DNA of 64,000 bases from Candidatus Latescibacterota bacterium (GCA_965208835.1 OZ242358.1:1024001-1088000); one strand, 5' to 3'. Counted from the stretch's first letter, positions 28,727-38,691 are shown. Program-made: numbers and translations. Notes: generated by a model from the sequence alone, not told the origin.

Positions 28727-29867
28727 CTGCCATCGCCTGGATGAGACGGTTGATATGAACCTCGCTGTGGTTGGCCATGAGCGTGAGCCGGAGGCGGCTC
28801 TCGCCATCGGGAACGGTTGGCGGCCGGATGCCGCTGAGGTAGATGCCCTCCTCAAAGAGATGGTTCGAAATCGCCATGGTACGCGCCGCGTCGCCGATAA
28901 GGACCGGAACAATCTGGGATTGCGAGTCCATGATATCGAAGCCCAGGTCATTCAGGGCGTTTTGGACCGTATGGACGTTACGCCAGAGGTCTTCCCGAAG
29001 GTCAGGACGTGTTTCGATTAGCTCCAGGGCAGCCGTGGCTGCCGCGCAGGCGTCGGGCGGCAGGGCCGAGGTGTAGATGAAGGCCTGCGCCCGATTGATC
29101 AGCAGGTCGACGAGTTCCGCGTTTCCGGCGACGAATCCGCCGTACGCGCCGAGGGCCTTGCTGCCGGAGGTCGTCAGAATGTCGATGCCTTGCGTGATGC
29201 CGAAGTGTTCGTGTGTGCCCCGGCCGGAAGCACCCAGGACCCCGGTCCCGTGGGCGTCGTCAACCATCAGGATGGCGTTGTGCCGGTCCGCTGCATCCGC
29301 GAGGTCGGGGAGGGGCGCAAGGTCTCCGTCCATGCTGAACAGCCCGTCGGTGACGATCAGCCGTCGCCGGTACTCGCGTTCGGTCAGGAGCAGATGATCC
29401 AGATGGTCCACGTCCCGGTGGCGATAGACGAAGGTCTTCGCCCGGGACAGCCGACACGCGTCGATGATGCTGCGATGGTTCAGGCGGTCGCTGAAAATCG
29501 CATCGGCCTCGCCGACAAGCGCGCTCACAGCGCCCAGGTTCGCCATATAGCCCGTGGGAAAGCAGAGTCCGGATTCGGTTCCCAGGAAACGGGCGATCCT
29601 GTGTTCCAGTGTCCGATGCGGTTCCATGTTTCCTGAAATCAGCCGGGATGCCGCCGCGCTCGACCCATACGCACGGAGTGCGGCGAACGCGCTCTCTCTG
29701 AGGACAGGGTGGTTTGCTAGCCCGAGGTAGTTGTTGGAACAGAAGAGGAGACGCTCTCTGCCGTCTATGCAAACTCTGGGATCCTGCGCACCTCCCACGA
29801 GATGGAGGCTGCGATAGAGCCCGCGGGACTTGAGATTGTCCAGCTCCGTGGAAAGATGAGGAAGCAT
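28704..29867 (-). CDS. bioF: 8-amino-7-oxononanoate synthase
   Basis: FCSNNYLGL, SRLISGN, TGYMANLG, LNHRSIIDA, DGLFSMDGD, DDAHG, GSKALG, IRPPTVP. Confidence 0.85.
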   Translation of the reverse strand: MLPHLSTELDNLKSRGLYRSLHLVGGAQDPRVCIDGRERLLFCSNNYLGLANHPVLRESAFAALRAYGSSAAASRLISGNMEPHRTLEHRIARFLGTESGLCFPTGYMANLGAVSALVGEADAIFSDRLNHRSIIDACRLSRAKTFVYRHRDVDHLDHLLLTEREYRRRLIVTDGLFSMDGDLAPLPDLADAADRHNAILMVDDAHGTGVLGASGRGTHEHFGITQGIDILTTSGSKALGAYGGFVAGNAELVDLLINRAQAFIYTSALPPDACAAATAALELIETRPDLREDLWRNVHTVQNALNDLGFDIMDSQSQIVPVLIGDAARTMAISNHLFEEGIYLSGIRPPTVPDGESRLRLTLMANHSEVHINRLIQAMADVRAAFF

Positions 29868-29970
29868 TGGAAGGAGACCGTTTCAAAGGGGTTGAAGACA
29901 AGCGAAAGGTGGACGGAAATTATGGAAATCACGCTGGCTTGTCAAGCGAGGGGGAGGCCATGGTACCGGT

Positions 29971-29998
29971 TTGACAAAAGGGTCCGTTCGTTTATATT
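29971..29998 (+). promoter_or_regulatory. Candidate sigma70 promoter for the lnt-tatC operon
   Basis: TTGACA-16 nt-TATATT; a divergent TTGACA for bioF lies at 29945-29940. Confidence 0.55.
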
Positions 29999-30029
29999 CT
30001 AACGTATTTTTGAGGTTGGGTTCAACCAT

Positions 30030-30074
30030 ACCGGTTGGCGGGACTCACTGCTTGCGGCCAACCGGTTTTTCTTT
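30030..30074 (+). terminator. Terminator-like hairpin in the lnt-tatC leader
   Basis: ACCGGTTGGC / GCCAACCGGT 10-bp stem followed by TTTTCTTT. Confidence 0.5.
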
Positions 30075-30142
30075 GATCCAGCCTGAATCCTTTAATTGCC
30101 GCCGGCGACGTTCCGGCGGGCGGGTTCGGAGGACGCGGCACG

Positions 30143-32464
30143 ATGACCGAGGCGCGACAGGGCACGGACTGGAGATGGATGGTGTTGTTTCCGGCGGTCT
30201 CGGGCCTTGTCCTTGGCGCGGCATTTCCACCCCTGCCGTTTGGTTTTCTGTCTTACGTCGCGCTGATTCCGCTTCTGCTTTCGGCGGAACGGCTGCGCGG
30301 CAGGGCGGCTTTTAGCGCCGGGTTCGTCCAGGGGATATTTTTCTACGGTACGACACTCTATTGGATCGGATCGATCACGCCGCCCGGCATGGCCGGGGCG
30401 GCGATTTACATGTCCCTGTTCCGCGGTCTGTTCCTGTGGACGTTCGCCCGCGCAGTCAGGCGGTACGGTATTGCGGGGATGTGGAGCGCGCCCTTCCTGT
30501 GGGTCGCGTTCGAGTATTTCAACTCACTGGGAGACATGGGTTTTCCCTGGGTGGTTCTGGGAAACTCGCAGACGGCCTATCTGTGGCTGATCCAGTACGC
30601 GGAAGTGACGGGCGTGTACGGGGTGTCGTTCTGGATTGTGCTTGTCAATCTGAGCATAATGATGCTCTGGAGGAACCGGTCGCGCCGACGGGTGTGGGCA
30701 GCCGCGTTGGCCGTGCTTTTCGCGGGACCGGCGGCGAACGGGTATCTGGCGCTGAAGGACGATCCGGACGAACAGGCCGTGGCGGTGGGCCTGGTCCAGC
30801 CGGATATGCCGCCGGTGGCCAAGGAATACCGGGGATTCGACTACAATTTCGGCAAACTGAAGCCGATGACCGCGGAGGCGGCAGGGCAGGGTGCGAAGCT
30901 TGTAGTGTGGCCGGAAACGGCGGTCGGCTATCTGAAAGGGGAACTGTACCGGCACCATCGCGAGCGGGTGCAGGCGATGGTGGACTCGCTCGGGATTTAC
31001 TTGTACACGGGCGCATACAGACTGGAAGCTGGCGACCCGGTGAAGGTGTTCAACTCGTCTTTTCTGTTCGTGCCCGAAAAAGGGATCTCCGGATACTACG
31101 ACAAGACCCGCCTGGTGCCGTTCGGCGAACGGGCGCCGTTCCCGGAGATACTTCCTTTCTTGCGAAAGATCCGGTTCACCGGCGGCGGATTCGTGGGGGG
31201 CAACTGGGATTCCGGTGAGACCCGTACCGTCTTCGACGGCCCCGACGTCCGATTCTCCGCGTTGATCTGTTACGATTCGGTCTTTCCGGGATTCGCAAGG
31301 TCATTTGTGGACCTGGGCGCTGAATTCCTGGTGATCATCACCAACGATGGCTGGTTCGGCCGGACCTCCGGACCCTATCAGCATGCCGAGGCCGCGGTGT
31401 TTCGCGCCATCGAGAACCGGCGTGACGTGGTACGCTGCGCGAACACGGGCGTTTCCACGTTCATCGACGCCTATGGACGGAAATCGGGCACGACGGGAAT
31501 CTTCCATCCGGCGGTATTGACGCAGGGGGTGACTCCGCGAACCGCGAAGACGTTCTATACGAAGCACGGAGACCTGTTCGCGCAACTCTGCATGGTACTG
31601 GGCGCGATTCTGGTTTTGATGGCCTTCCGAGGCTACGCTGTGGATGCAGAGCATTCCATTCTGCCCCCCGGCACAGACACGCCTTCCGAGAGCGCGCCTG
31701 TACCGGCTCCGGCGGCCGACGACAGACCGATGCCTTTTCTGGACCATCTGGAGGAACTCCGCTGGCGTCTGCTGAAGGGGCTGGCGGCCCTGGTTGTCGG
31801 CGCCGTGATCTGCGGGATTTTTGGCGACACGATTCTGGGATGGCTGGTGTTGCCGGTCAGGGAAGCGACCCCGGTCATGAAGCTGTTGGGCGTGGCGCCG
31901 GTTGAGCCGCCGGTCAAGCTGATATATTTGAAACCGATGGGGATGTTTCTCGTTAAACTTCAGATTGCCCTTGTCGGCGGCGCGGTGCTGGCGCTGCCGG
32001 TTCTCCTGTATCAACTGTGGATCTTCGTGGCGCCCGGACTGTTGACAACCGAGCGGCGGTACGTATCTTTCATTGTCTTTTCGTCGTCGATATGTTTCGT
32101 CCTGGGAGGCGCCATCGCATACCTGAGCGTGGTGCCGCTGTCGTTTCGATTCCTGATTCTGATCGGCGAAGGAACCGGCGTCGACCCCCAGTTCGACATC
32201 GGCTTCTACATCGGTTTCGTGTTGCGCCTGCTGGTTGCCTTCGGCGTCGTTTTCGAACTGCCGGTCGCGGCGTTCTTTTTGAGCCGGATCGGCCTGCTGA
32301 CCGCGCAGCGGATGCGCCGGGGACGGCGGTACGCAGTGGTGATCGGCTTTGTTCTGGCGGCGCTGCTCACGCCTCCGGATCCGATCTCACAGTTGATGAT
32401 GGCGCTGCCGCTGGTGCTGCTCTACGAATTCAGCATCTGGGTCGCGCGGGTCGCCGGCAGATGA
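30143..32464 (+). CDS. lnt-tatC: Apolipoprotein N-acyltransferase fused in frame to TatC
   Basis: Lnt: GFPW, WPETA, YDKTRLVPFGE, ICYD, TNDGWFG, RCANTG. Pro/Ala-rich linker. TatC from 31730: MPFLDHLEELR, YQLWIFVAPGL, FELP, LTPPDPISQ, PLVLLYE. Confidence 0.9.
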   Translation: MTEARQGTDWRWMVLFPAVSGLVLGAAFPPLPFGFLSYVALIPLLLSAERLRGRAAFSAGFVQGIFFYGTTLYWIGSITPPGMAGAAIYMSLFRGLFLWTFARAVRRYGIAGMWSAPFLWVAFEYFNSLGDMGFPWVVLGNSQTAYLWLIQYAEVTGVYGVSFWIVLVNLSIMMLWRNRSRRRVWAAALAVLFAGPAANGYLALKDDPDEQAVAVGLVQPDMPPVAKEYRGFDYNFGKLKPMTAEAAGQGAKLVVWPETAVGYLKGELYRHHRERVQAMVDSLGIYLYTGAYRLEAGDPVKVFNSSFLFVPEKGISGYYDKTRLVPFGERAPFPEILPFLRKIRFTGGGFVGGNWDSGETRTVFDGPDVRFSALICYDSVFPGFARSFVDLGAEFLVIITNDGWFGRTSGPYQHAEAAVFRAIENRRDVVRCANTGVSTFIDAYGRKSGTTGIFHPAVLTQGVTPRTAKTFYTKHGDLFAQLCMVLGAILVLMAFRGYAVDAEHSILPPGTDTPSESAPVPAPAADDRPMPFLDHLEELRWRLLKGLAALVVGAVICGIFGDTILGWLVLPVREATPVMKLLGVAPVEPPVKLIYLKPMGMFLVKLQIALVGGAVLALPVLLYQLWIFVAPGLLTTERRYVSFIVFSSSICFVLGGAIAYLSVVPLSFRFLILIGEGTGVDPQFDIGFYIGFVLRLLVAFGVVFELPVAAFFLSRIGLLTAQRMRRGRRYAVVIGFVLAALLTPPDPISQLMMALPLVLLYEFSIWVARVAGR

Positions 32465-32551
32465 GCCGCACGTTCGGCCGCTGCCGTCGAAGTCCCGCTG
32501 TACGGGCTTGGTAAGAAGCGTCAGTCTGGATTGATAAAGGGTTCTTTTTAT

Positions 32552-33529
32552 ATGAGCATAACGGTTGCGGTCGGGGTTCTGGCGCTGTGTTTCGCGGTGC
32601 TATCCAAATGCGCGTCCTGGTTTGTGGACGGTGCGGTCGGGATTGCCGAGTACCTGAATGTGCCGAAGATGCTGATCGGCATCGTGCTGGTGAGCCTGGC
32701 AACGACCTCACCCGAGCTGGCCGTTTCCGTGCTCGCCGCGCTCGAGGGCCATCCCGAGATGGCGCTGGGCAATGCCATCGGGTCGGTGATCGTTGACGAC
32801 GGTGTTGCGCTGGCGCTGGGCGTTCTCGTGGCCGGGTCGCCGATCCTCATCAATCCCTATCTGCTGTGGACGACAGGGATCTTCCTGATTGTCGTGGATC
32901 TGGCCGCGTACGCGATGGCGTTCGACGGAACGCTGGATCGGATCGAGGGCGGCGTTCTGCTGCTCCTCTTCGTGGCATACACGGTCTTTACCTATGTGAC
33001 GCGCCGCCGCTCCTCCCAGGCCGAAGGGAACCGGATGGAGGAGCTCAAGGAGATCGAGGCTTCCATTGAGGGGCGAGGTCTCGGGACATTGATGCTCTGG
33101 TTTTGCATCGGGCTGGTCGGGGTGCTGATATCCAGTCATTTTATCGTGGAATCCGCCGTGGTCATCGCCGAGGCATTGGACGTCAGCGAAGCGGTGATTG
33201 CGCTCACGGTGATCGCCATCGGCACGTCGCTGCCGGAGATCGCCACCGGGGTGACGGCCGCCAGGAGAGGACACGGCGAGATCGTGGTCGGTAATATCCT
33301 GGGTGCGGATATCCTGAACATCTGCTGGATCGCCGGCGCATCCGCGGTGGTGAATCCACTCGTGGTGACGCAGAAAGTAATCCACTTTTCGTTTCCGGCG
33401 ATGCTGGTGATCGTTTTTGCGATGCTCATCATGATGCGCACAGGCTACCGTATGACTCGAATCGAGGGATTCGTCTTGCTTGCGATATACGGGGCGTACC
33501 TGGCATTAACGGGGTTTTTGTTCTTATAG
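32552..33529 (+). CDS. Calcium/sodium antiporter (CaCA, YrbG-like)
   Basis: Alpha repeats ATTSPE..GNAIGS and GTSLPE..GNILGA. Confidence 0.9.
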   Translation: MSITVAVGVLALCFAVLSKCASWFVDGAVGIAEYLNVPKMLIGIVLVSLATTSPELAVSVLAALEGHPEMALGNAIGSVIVDDGVALALGVLVAGSPILINPYLLWTTGIFLIVVDLAAYAMAFDGTLDRIEGGVLLLLFVAYTVFTYVTRRRSSQAEGNRMEELKEIEASIEGRGLGTLMLWFCIGLVGVLISSHFIVESAVVIAEALDVSEAVIALTVIAIGTSLPEIATGVTAARRGHGEIVVGNILGADILNICWIAGASAVVNPLVVTQKVIHFSFPAMLVIVFAMLIMMRTGYRMTRIEGFVLLAIYGAYLALTGFLFL

Positions 33530-33538
33530 GGGACCACT

Positions 33539-34573
33539 ATGGGCGGGATATTCGTGACGGGCGGGGCGGGGTTCATCGGCGCCACCTTCATTCGGTACTG
33601 GCTGTCCAGATACCCGGACGACAGCGTTATCAACTACGATCTGCTCACCTATGCCGGAAATCCGGAAAACCTGGCCGACGTGGCCGAGATCTATCCCGGC
33701 AGGTATGAATTCGTCCAGGGCGATATCGGCGACTATGGGCTGACACGGGATCTTCTCGAGCAGCACAGGCCGGACACCATTGTGAACTTTGCCGCCGAGT
33801 CGCACAACAGCCGCGCGGTTGTCAATCCCGGCGTCTTCTTCGAAACCAATGTGCTGGGTACCCAACGCCTCCTGCAGGCGGCTCACGACGCCGGTGTGCC
33901 CAGGTTCCACCACATTTCCACCTGCGAGGTCTACGGGGACCTGCCACTGGATTCGGAAGCGAGCTTTTCAGAGACCGACCCGTATCAGCCGCGTACGCCG
34001 TACAACGCATCGAAGGCGGCGGCCGATCTGGCTGTCAGGGCGTACCACCTCACGTTCGGATTGCCGGTTACGATTTCCAATTGCGCGAACAACTACGGGC
34101 CTTATCAGTTCCCGGAAAAAGTAGTCCCGCTGTTCGTCACACAGCTGCTTGACGGAAAGAAGATGACGCTCTACAAGAGCAGCCGGAACAAGCGGGAGTG
34201 GCTGCACGTGGAGGACCACTGCCGTGCGATCGACCTGATCCTGAAACGGGGAAAGATCGGGGAAACGTACAACGTCGGGAGCGGCGTTGAGGTGGACGTC
34301 GAGACGATCGCGGACACCATACTGGATGTACTGGGGTTGGACGGATCTCACAAAGTCTACGTTCCGGACCGCCCCGGACACGACCGCAGATACCTTCTCG
34401 ACTCGAAAAAGCTGCGTACGCAGCTCGGATGGCGTCCGGAAATTTCATTCGAGCGGGGTTTCAAGGAGACGGTACTCTGGTACACCGATAACCGGGCCTG
34501 GTGGGAACCTCTGCTGAAACGTCTGGACGTGGACGAAGAAGGCTGGAGGCAGGCGACGTCCCGGAAGTCGTGA
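33539..34573 (+). CDS. rfbB: dTDP-glucose 4,6-dehydratase
   Basis: VTGGAGFIG, LTYAGN, NFAAESH, PYNASKA, NNYGPYQFPEK, DRPGHDRRY. Confidence 0.95.
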   Translation: MGGIFVTGGAGFIGATFIRYWLSRYPDDSVINYDLLTYAGNPENLADVAEIYPGRYEFVQGDIGDYGLTRDLLEQHRPDTIVNFAAESHNSRAVVNPGVFFETNVLGTQRLLQAAHDAGVPRFHHISTCEVYGDLPLDSEASFSETDPYQPRTPYNASKAAADLAVRAYHLTFGLPVTISNCANNYGPYQFPEKVVPLFVTQLLDGKKMTLYKSSRNKREWLHVEDHCRAIDLILKRGKIGETYNVGSGVEVDVETIADTILDVLGLDGSHKVYVPDRPGHDRRYLLDSKKLRTQLGWRPEISFERGFKETVLWYTDNRAWWEPLLKRLDVDEEGWRQATSRKS

Positions 34574-34610
34574 TCTGCGTCTTGCGATCTTGCCCTCGAA
34601 AGGAAACTGA

Positions 34611-35183
34611 ATGCCGTTCCGGTTCCAGAGATTGGGAATTCCCGACCTTATTCTGGTTGAACCCCGGGTCTTTGAGGACAGTCGCGGTTTTCTGATGGAG
34701 TCATACAAGAAGTCGGATTTCGAGGCCAACGGGATTCACGCCGAGTTCGTACAGGATATCCATTCCCATTCGGTAAAGGGCGTTCTGAGGGGAATGCATT
34801 ATCAACTGCATCCGAAGGCGCAGGCCAAGCTGGTGCGGGTTGTCAAGGGCGAGGTGTTCGACGTTGCCGTGGATATCCGAAGGAATGCGCCCACTTTCGG
34901 AAAGTGGGAGGGGGTTGTGCTGTCGGAAGGGAATTTCAGGATGTTCTATGTTCCGGAGGGTTTCGCTCACGGGTTCTGCGCGCTGAGCGACGAGGCGGAA
35001 TTCGTCTACAAGGTCACGGCGGAGTTTGCGCCGGACCTCGACCGGGGCGTCCTGTGGAACGATCCGGCCATCGGCATCGACTGGCCGGTTTCCGATCCGA
35101 TACTGTCAGGGAAGGACCTCGAACTCCCCGCACTGGCCGACGCCGAGAATAACTTCGACTATGAACCCGGTGCGGGAGTATGA
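34611..35183 (+). CDS. rfbC: dTDP-4-dehydrorhamnose 3,5-epimerase
   Basis: DSRGF, GVLRGMHYQ, DVAVDIR, GFAHGF, WNDPAIGIDWP. Confidence 0.95.
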   Translation: MPFRFQRLGIPDLILVEPRVFEDSRGFLMESYKKSDFEANGIHAEFVQDIHSHSVKGVLRGMHYQLHPKAQAKLVRVVKGEVFDVAVDIRRNAPTFGKWEGVVLSEGNFRMFYVPEGFAHGFCALSDEAEFVYKVTAEFAPDLDRGVLWNDPAIGIDWPVSDPILSGKDLELPALADAENNFDYEPGAGV

Positions 35184-35265
35184 GACAGAAGCGAGATCGA
35201 ACTGATTCGGCGGGGGTGACGCAGGTACCAAACGCGCAAGTGGAAACGCAGGATCCGGTCTGATA

Positions 35266-35907
35266 TTACCCTAGCGGGCCGCTGCCGCCGAAGAGGTCTT
35301 CGCCTTCTTCGGCGGTTTCTTCTTTGTTCGAGATGCCCCAGATCAGGCCGTGGGGGTCCAGCTCGTTCAGCGGGGGACTGTCGTAATCCGGCTGCAGATC
35401 GCCGCCGCAGATGGGGCAGCAGTCGTAGGAGGGATGATACAGGACGCCGTTGTTGCAGGTCTTGCAGGACTTCACCATCGTATCCAGCTTCTCGCCGCAG
35501 CGCACGCAGTGCTGGAAGTATCCGTCGTAGGGCGTGTTCTTCCCGCAAGACGAGCAGTTCACGACGTCGTGCAGTCCCAGCTTTTCCGCGGGAGGCTGCT
35601 CGAGAGATATCGCCTGCCGGTCCGGAACGGAGACGTATTCGGCACGGAAAGTCTGGAATTTCTCGCGGATCTGGCTGGTTTGAACGCCCAGGTATTTTTC
35701 CGAAATCGTGATCGTGAAAACCAGGTTCGGCGAGATTCCCAGGAAGTGGATGAGGTCGCGCGTGTTCCAGTCCCGCTGCTCGACGATCGTGGCCTCGTGC
35801 GTTTCACACAGGCTCAGAAAGTCCTGGATTTTTTTCCGGTTTTCACGCCGCCGGCTGTTGTCTTCCCGTTCAAATTCGTACAGCGTGCCGAAGTCGATGC
35901 GGATCAT
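35266..35907 (-). CDS. Hypothetical protein with C-terminal double zinc ribbon
   Basis: CSSC, CVRC, CKTC, CPIC; acidic tail; ATGA overlap with uvrA stop. Confidence 0.8.
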   Translation of the reverse strand: MIRIDFGTLYEFEREDNSRRRENRKKIQDFLSLCETHEATIVEQRDWNTRDLIHFLGISPNLVFTITISEKYLGVQTSQIREKFQTFRAEYVSVPDRQAISLEQPPAEKLGLHDVVNCSSCGKNTPYDGYFQHCVRCGEKLDTMVKSCKTCNNGVLYHPSYDCCPICGGDLQPDYDSPPLNELDPHGLIWGISNKEETAEEGEDLFGGSGPLG

Positions 35908-38675
35908 CTCCCGATCACCTCTTTGAGAAAGCGGCCCGTGTGGGACGCGGGCGCCGCGGCAATACGCTCCGGGGGACCCTCGGAAATGATCCGGCCGCCG
36001 GAATCGCCGCCGTCCGGACCGAGGTCGACAATCCAGTCCGCCCTTTTCACCACATCCAGGTTGTGTTCGATCACAATGACGGAGTTGCCCTTATCCACCA
36101 GCCGGTCAAGCACCGCAATGAGCGACCGGATGTCCTCAAAGTGCAGCCCGGTTGTCGGTTCGTCCAGAATATACATGGTTTTTCCGGTTGCCACACGGGA
36201 AAGTTCAGCGGCCAGCTTTATGCGCTGGGCCTCGCCTCCGGAGAGGGCGGTTGCCGATTGGCCCAGCCGGATGTATCCCAGGCCGACCTCCGCAAGCGTC
36301 TTCAGTTTCCGGCTTGCGCCCGGTATATCCCTGAAGAAAGTGAGCGCCCTTTCCGCGGTCATGTTCAGAACGTCGGCGATCGAACAGCCCTTGTAGCGGA
36401 TTTCCAGGGTCTCCCTGTTGTACCGGCTTCCGCCGCAGGCGTCGCAGGTCACATAGACGTCGGGAAGGAAGTGCATTTCGATCCGCCGAAGGCCGTCGCC
36501 CTGGCAGGGCTCGCAGCGCCCGCCCTTCAGATTAAAGCTGAAACGGCCCGGCGTATAGCCGCGAACCCTTGATTCCGGCAGCTGCGCGTAGAGATCGCGG
36601 ATGTCAGAGAAGAGGTCGGTATAGGTGGCGGGATTCGATCTGGGTGTGCGGCCGATCGGCGCCTGATCGATTCGAATGATCTTGTCGATCAGGGAAAGGC
36701 CCTCGATACCGTCGTGTGCGAGAGGTGTGGCCGAAGCGTTGTGCAGCCTGCTCGCCAGCGCCGCATAGAGTGTCCCGTTGATCAGGGTGCTCTTGCCTGA
36801 TCCGGACACGCCTGTGACGCAGACGAGTACGCCCAGCGGGAGGGAAACGTCAATGGACTTGAGATTGTGCCCTCGAGCGCCCTTCAATACGATCCTGCCG
36901 GTGGGTTTCCGTCTGTCGGGCGGCGGGGGAATGGTCTTCCGCCCGGAGAGATACGCACCCGTGACGCACTCGCCTGCGGCCATTATTTCCCGGGCTGTGC
37001 CCTCGGCCATGAGTTCGCCGCCCCGCTCGCCCGCTCCCGGACCGAGGTCGATCAGACGATCCGCGGCCAGCATGGTTTCCCGGTCGTGTTCCACCACCAG
37101 AACGGTATTGCCGTGGTCGCGGAGCATTTCGAGCGTATGGATCAGCTTGCGGTTGTCCCGGGGGTGCAGCCCGACACTGGGTTCGTCCAGAACGTACAGC
37201 ACGCCGGACAGGCGGGCGCCGATTTGCGTGGCCATGCGGATCCGCTGTGTTTCGCCGCCTGAGAGCGAGGCAACACTTCGTTCAAGGGCGAGATAGCCCA
37301 CGCCCACCTCGTTCAGGAAGACAAGCCGATTGCGGATCTCGCGAAGAATGGGGTCAACGACGTCCCTGGGTCCAAGCCTCCCCTCAAGGAGATCCATGAA
37401 ATCGATTGCTTCGTCGACGCTCATGGCCGACACCTGCGCGATGTTCCTGCCTTCGATTCTGACCGCCAGGGCCTCCGTTCGCAGGCGGGCGCCTCCGCAG
37501 TCGGAACAGTCGACGGTTCGGACGTACGGCTCCTGCCTGGATCCTGCGTCATCCGGCCCGGCATCCGCAAGCCGTTTTTTCAGGTAAGGGATTACACCGT
37601 CGAAGCCGAGAGAACGATCGCCCCACAGGATGGCCTCCCTCGCCTTGGGCGGCAGGGACGCGAAAGGCGCAGCGAGATCGAAGCGAAAGCGGCCCGCAAG
37701 GCGCTCGAGCAGATCGAGCCTCGCACGGCCCTTGGGGACGCCCCAGGGCGCAATCGCGCCTTCGGCAATAGAGCGGCGCGCGTCCGGGACCACGCGGTCA
37801 GGGTCGATATCGGCCCTCACCCCCATTCCATTACACGCCGGGCAGGCACCGTGCGGACTGTTGAACGAGAACAGGCGGGGAGCCAGTTCCACAAAACCGA
37901 TGTCGCAGGTTCTGCAGATCAACCGGGTGGAAAAGTGCAACTCGCGGCCTTCGAGGACATCCAGAGCGACCATTCCGCCGGAAAGGGAAAGGGCGGTCTC
38001 CAGCGAGTCGGCGAGGCGCCGTTCGATTTTCGGTCGGACGATCAGACGGTCCACAACGGCGTCGATGGTGTGCGATTGCGTCGGATCCAGACGTATCTCT
38101 TCGTCCAGGGCGCGTTCGTTTCCGTCAATTCGCACACGCACATAACCGTCGCGCCGCAGACGATCCAGCTCCTGATCGAAACGACCCTTACGGTTTCGAA
38201 TCCTGGGCGCCAGAATCCGCAGGCGCGCGCCGTCCGGCAGCGCCATCGCGGTGTCGACTATCTCGCCCACGGTCTGGGAGGCAACGGGATTGCCGCAATT
38301 CGGGCAATGCGGCAGCCCGGCGCGCGCGAAGAGGATTCTGAGATGGTCGTGGACTTCCGTCAGGGTGCCGACCGTCGACCTGGAATTACCGGATGCGCGG
38401 CGCTGTTGAATCGCCACGGCGGGAGAGAGTCCGTCGATGCTGTCCACGTCCGGTCTCTCCATCACCTCCAGGAACCGCCGCGCGTGGGCTGACATTGCCT
38501 CGACGTACCTGCGCTGTCCTTCGGCGTAGATCGTGTCGAACGCAAGCGAGGTTTTTCCTGAGCCGGACGGCCCGGTGATGACCACGAAACGGTTCTTGGG
38601 TATGTCGAGATCGAGATCCCGGAGGTTGTGCTGGCGGGCGCCCCGTATTCGGATCGCATCGTTGGCAATTGGCAT
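35904..38675 (-). CDS. uvrA: Excinuclease ABC subunit A
   Basis: GARQHNL, GPSGSGKT, YAEGQRRY, two ABC modules (LSGGE, LDEP), Zn fingers; start set to ATG 38675. Confidence 0.97.
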   Translation of the reverse strand: MPIANDAIRIRGARQHNLRDLDLDIPKNRFVVITGPSGSGKTSLAFDTIYAEGQRRYVEAMSAHARRFLEVMERPDVDSIDGLSPAVAIQQRRASGNSRSTVGTLTEVHDHLRILFARAGLPHCPNCGNPVASQTVGEIVDTAMALPDGARLRILAPRIRNRKGRFDQELDRLRRDGYVRVRIDGNERALDEEIRLDPTQSHTIDAVVDRLIVRPKIERRLADSLETALSLSGGMVALDVLEGRELHFSTRLICRTCDIGFVELAPRLFSFNSPHGACPACNGMGVRADIDPDRVVPDARRSIAEGAIAPWGVPKGRARLDLLERLAGRFRFDLAAPFASLPPKAREAILWGDRSLGFDGVIPYLKKRLADAGPDDAGSRQEPYVRTVDCSDCGGARLRTEALAVRIEGRNIAQVSAMSVDEAIDFMDLLEGRLGPRDVVDPILREIRNRLVFLNEVGVGYLALERSVASLSGGETQRIRMATQIGARLSGVLYVLDEPSVGLHPRDNRKLIHTLEMLRDHGNTVLVVEHDRETMLAADRLIDLGPGAGERGGELMAEGTAREIMAAGECVTGAYLSGRKTIPPPPDRRKPTGRIVLKGARGHNLKSIDVSLPLGVLVCVTGVSGSGKSTLINGTLYAALASRLHNASATPLAHDGIEGLSLIDKIIRIDQAPIGRTPRSNPATYTDLFSDIRDLYAQLPESRVRGYTPGRFSFNLKGGRCEPCQGDGLRRIEMHFLPDVYVTCDACGGSRYNRETLEIRYKGCSIADVLNMTAERALTFFRDIPGASRKLKTLAEVGLGYIRLGQSATALSGGEAQRIKLAAELSRVATGKTMYILDEPTTGLHFEDIRSLIAVLDRLVDKGNSVIVIEHNLDVVKRADWIVDLGPDGGDSGGRIISEGPPERIAAAPASHTGRFLKEVIGR

Positions 38676-38691
38676 GCAGGACCGGGGAGGC

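Noticed and set aside
33539-35183. Complete rhamnose or O-antigen cluster
   Set aside because: Only rfbB and rfbC are present; split rfb loci are common.
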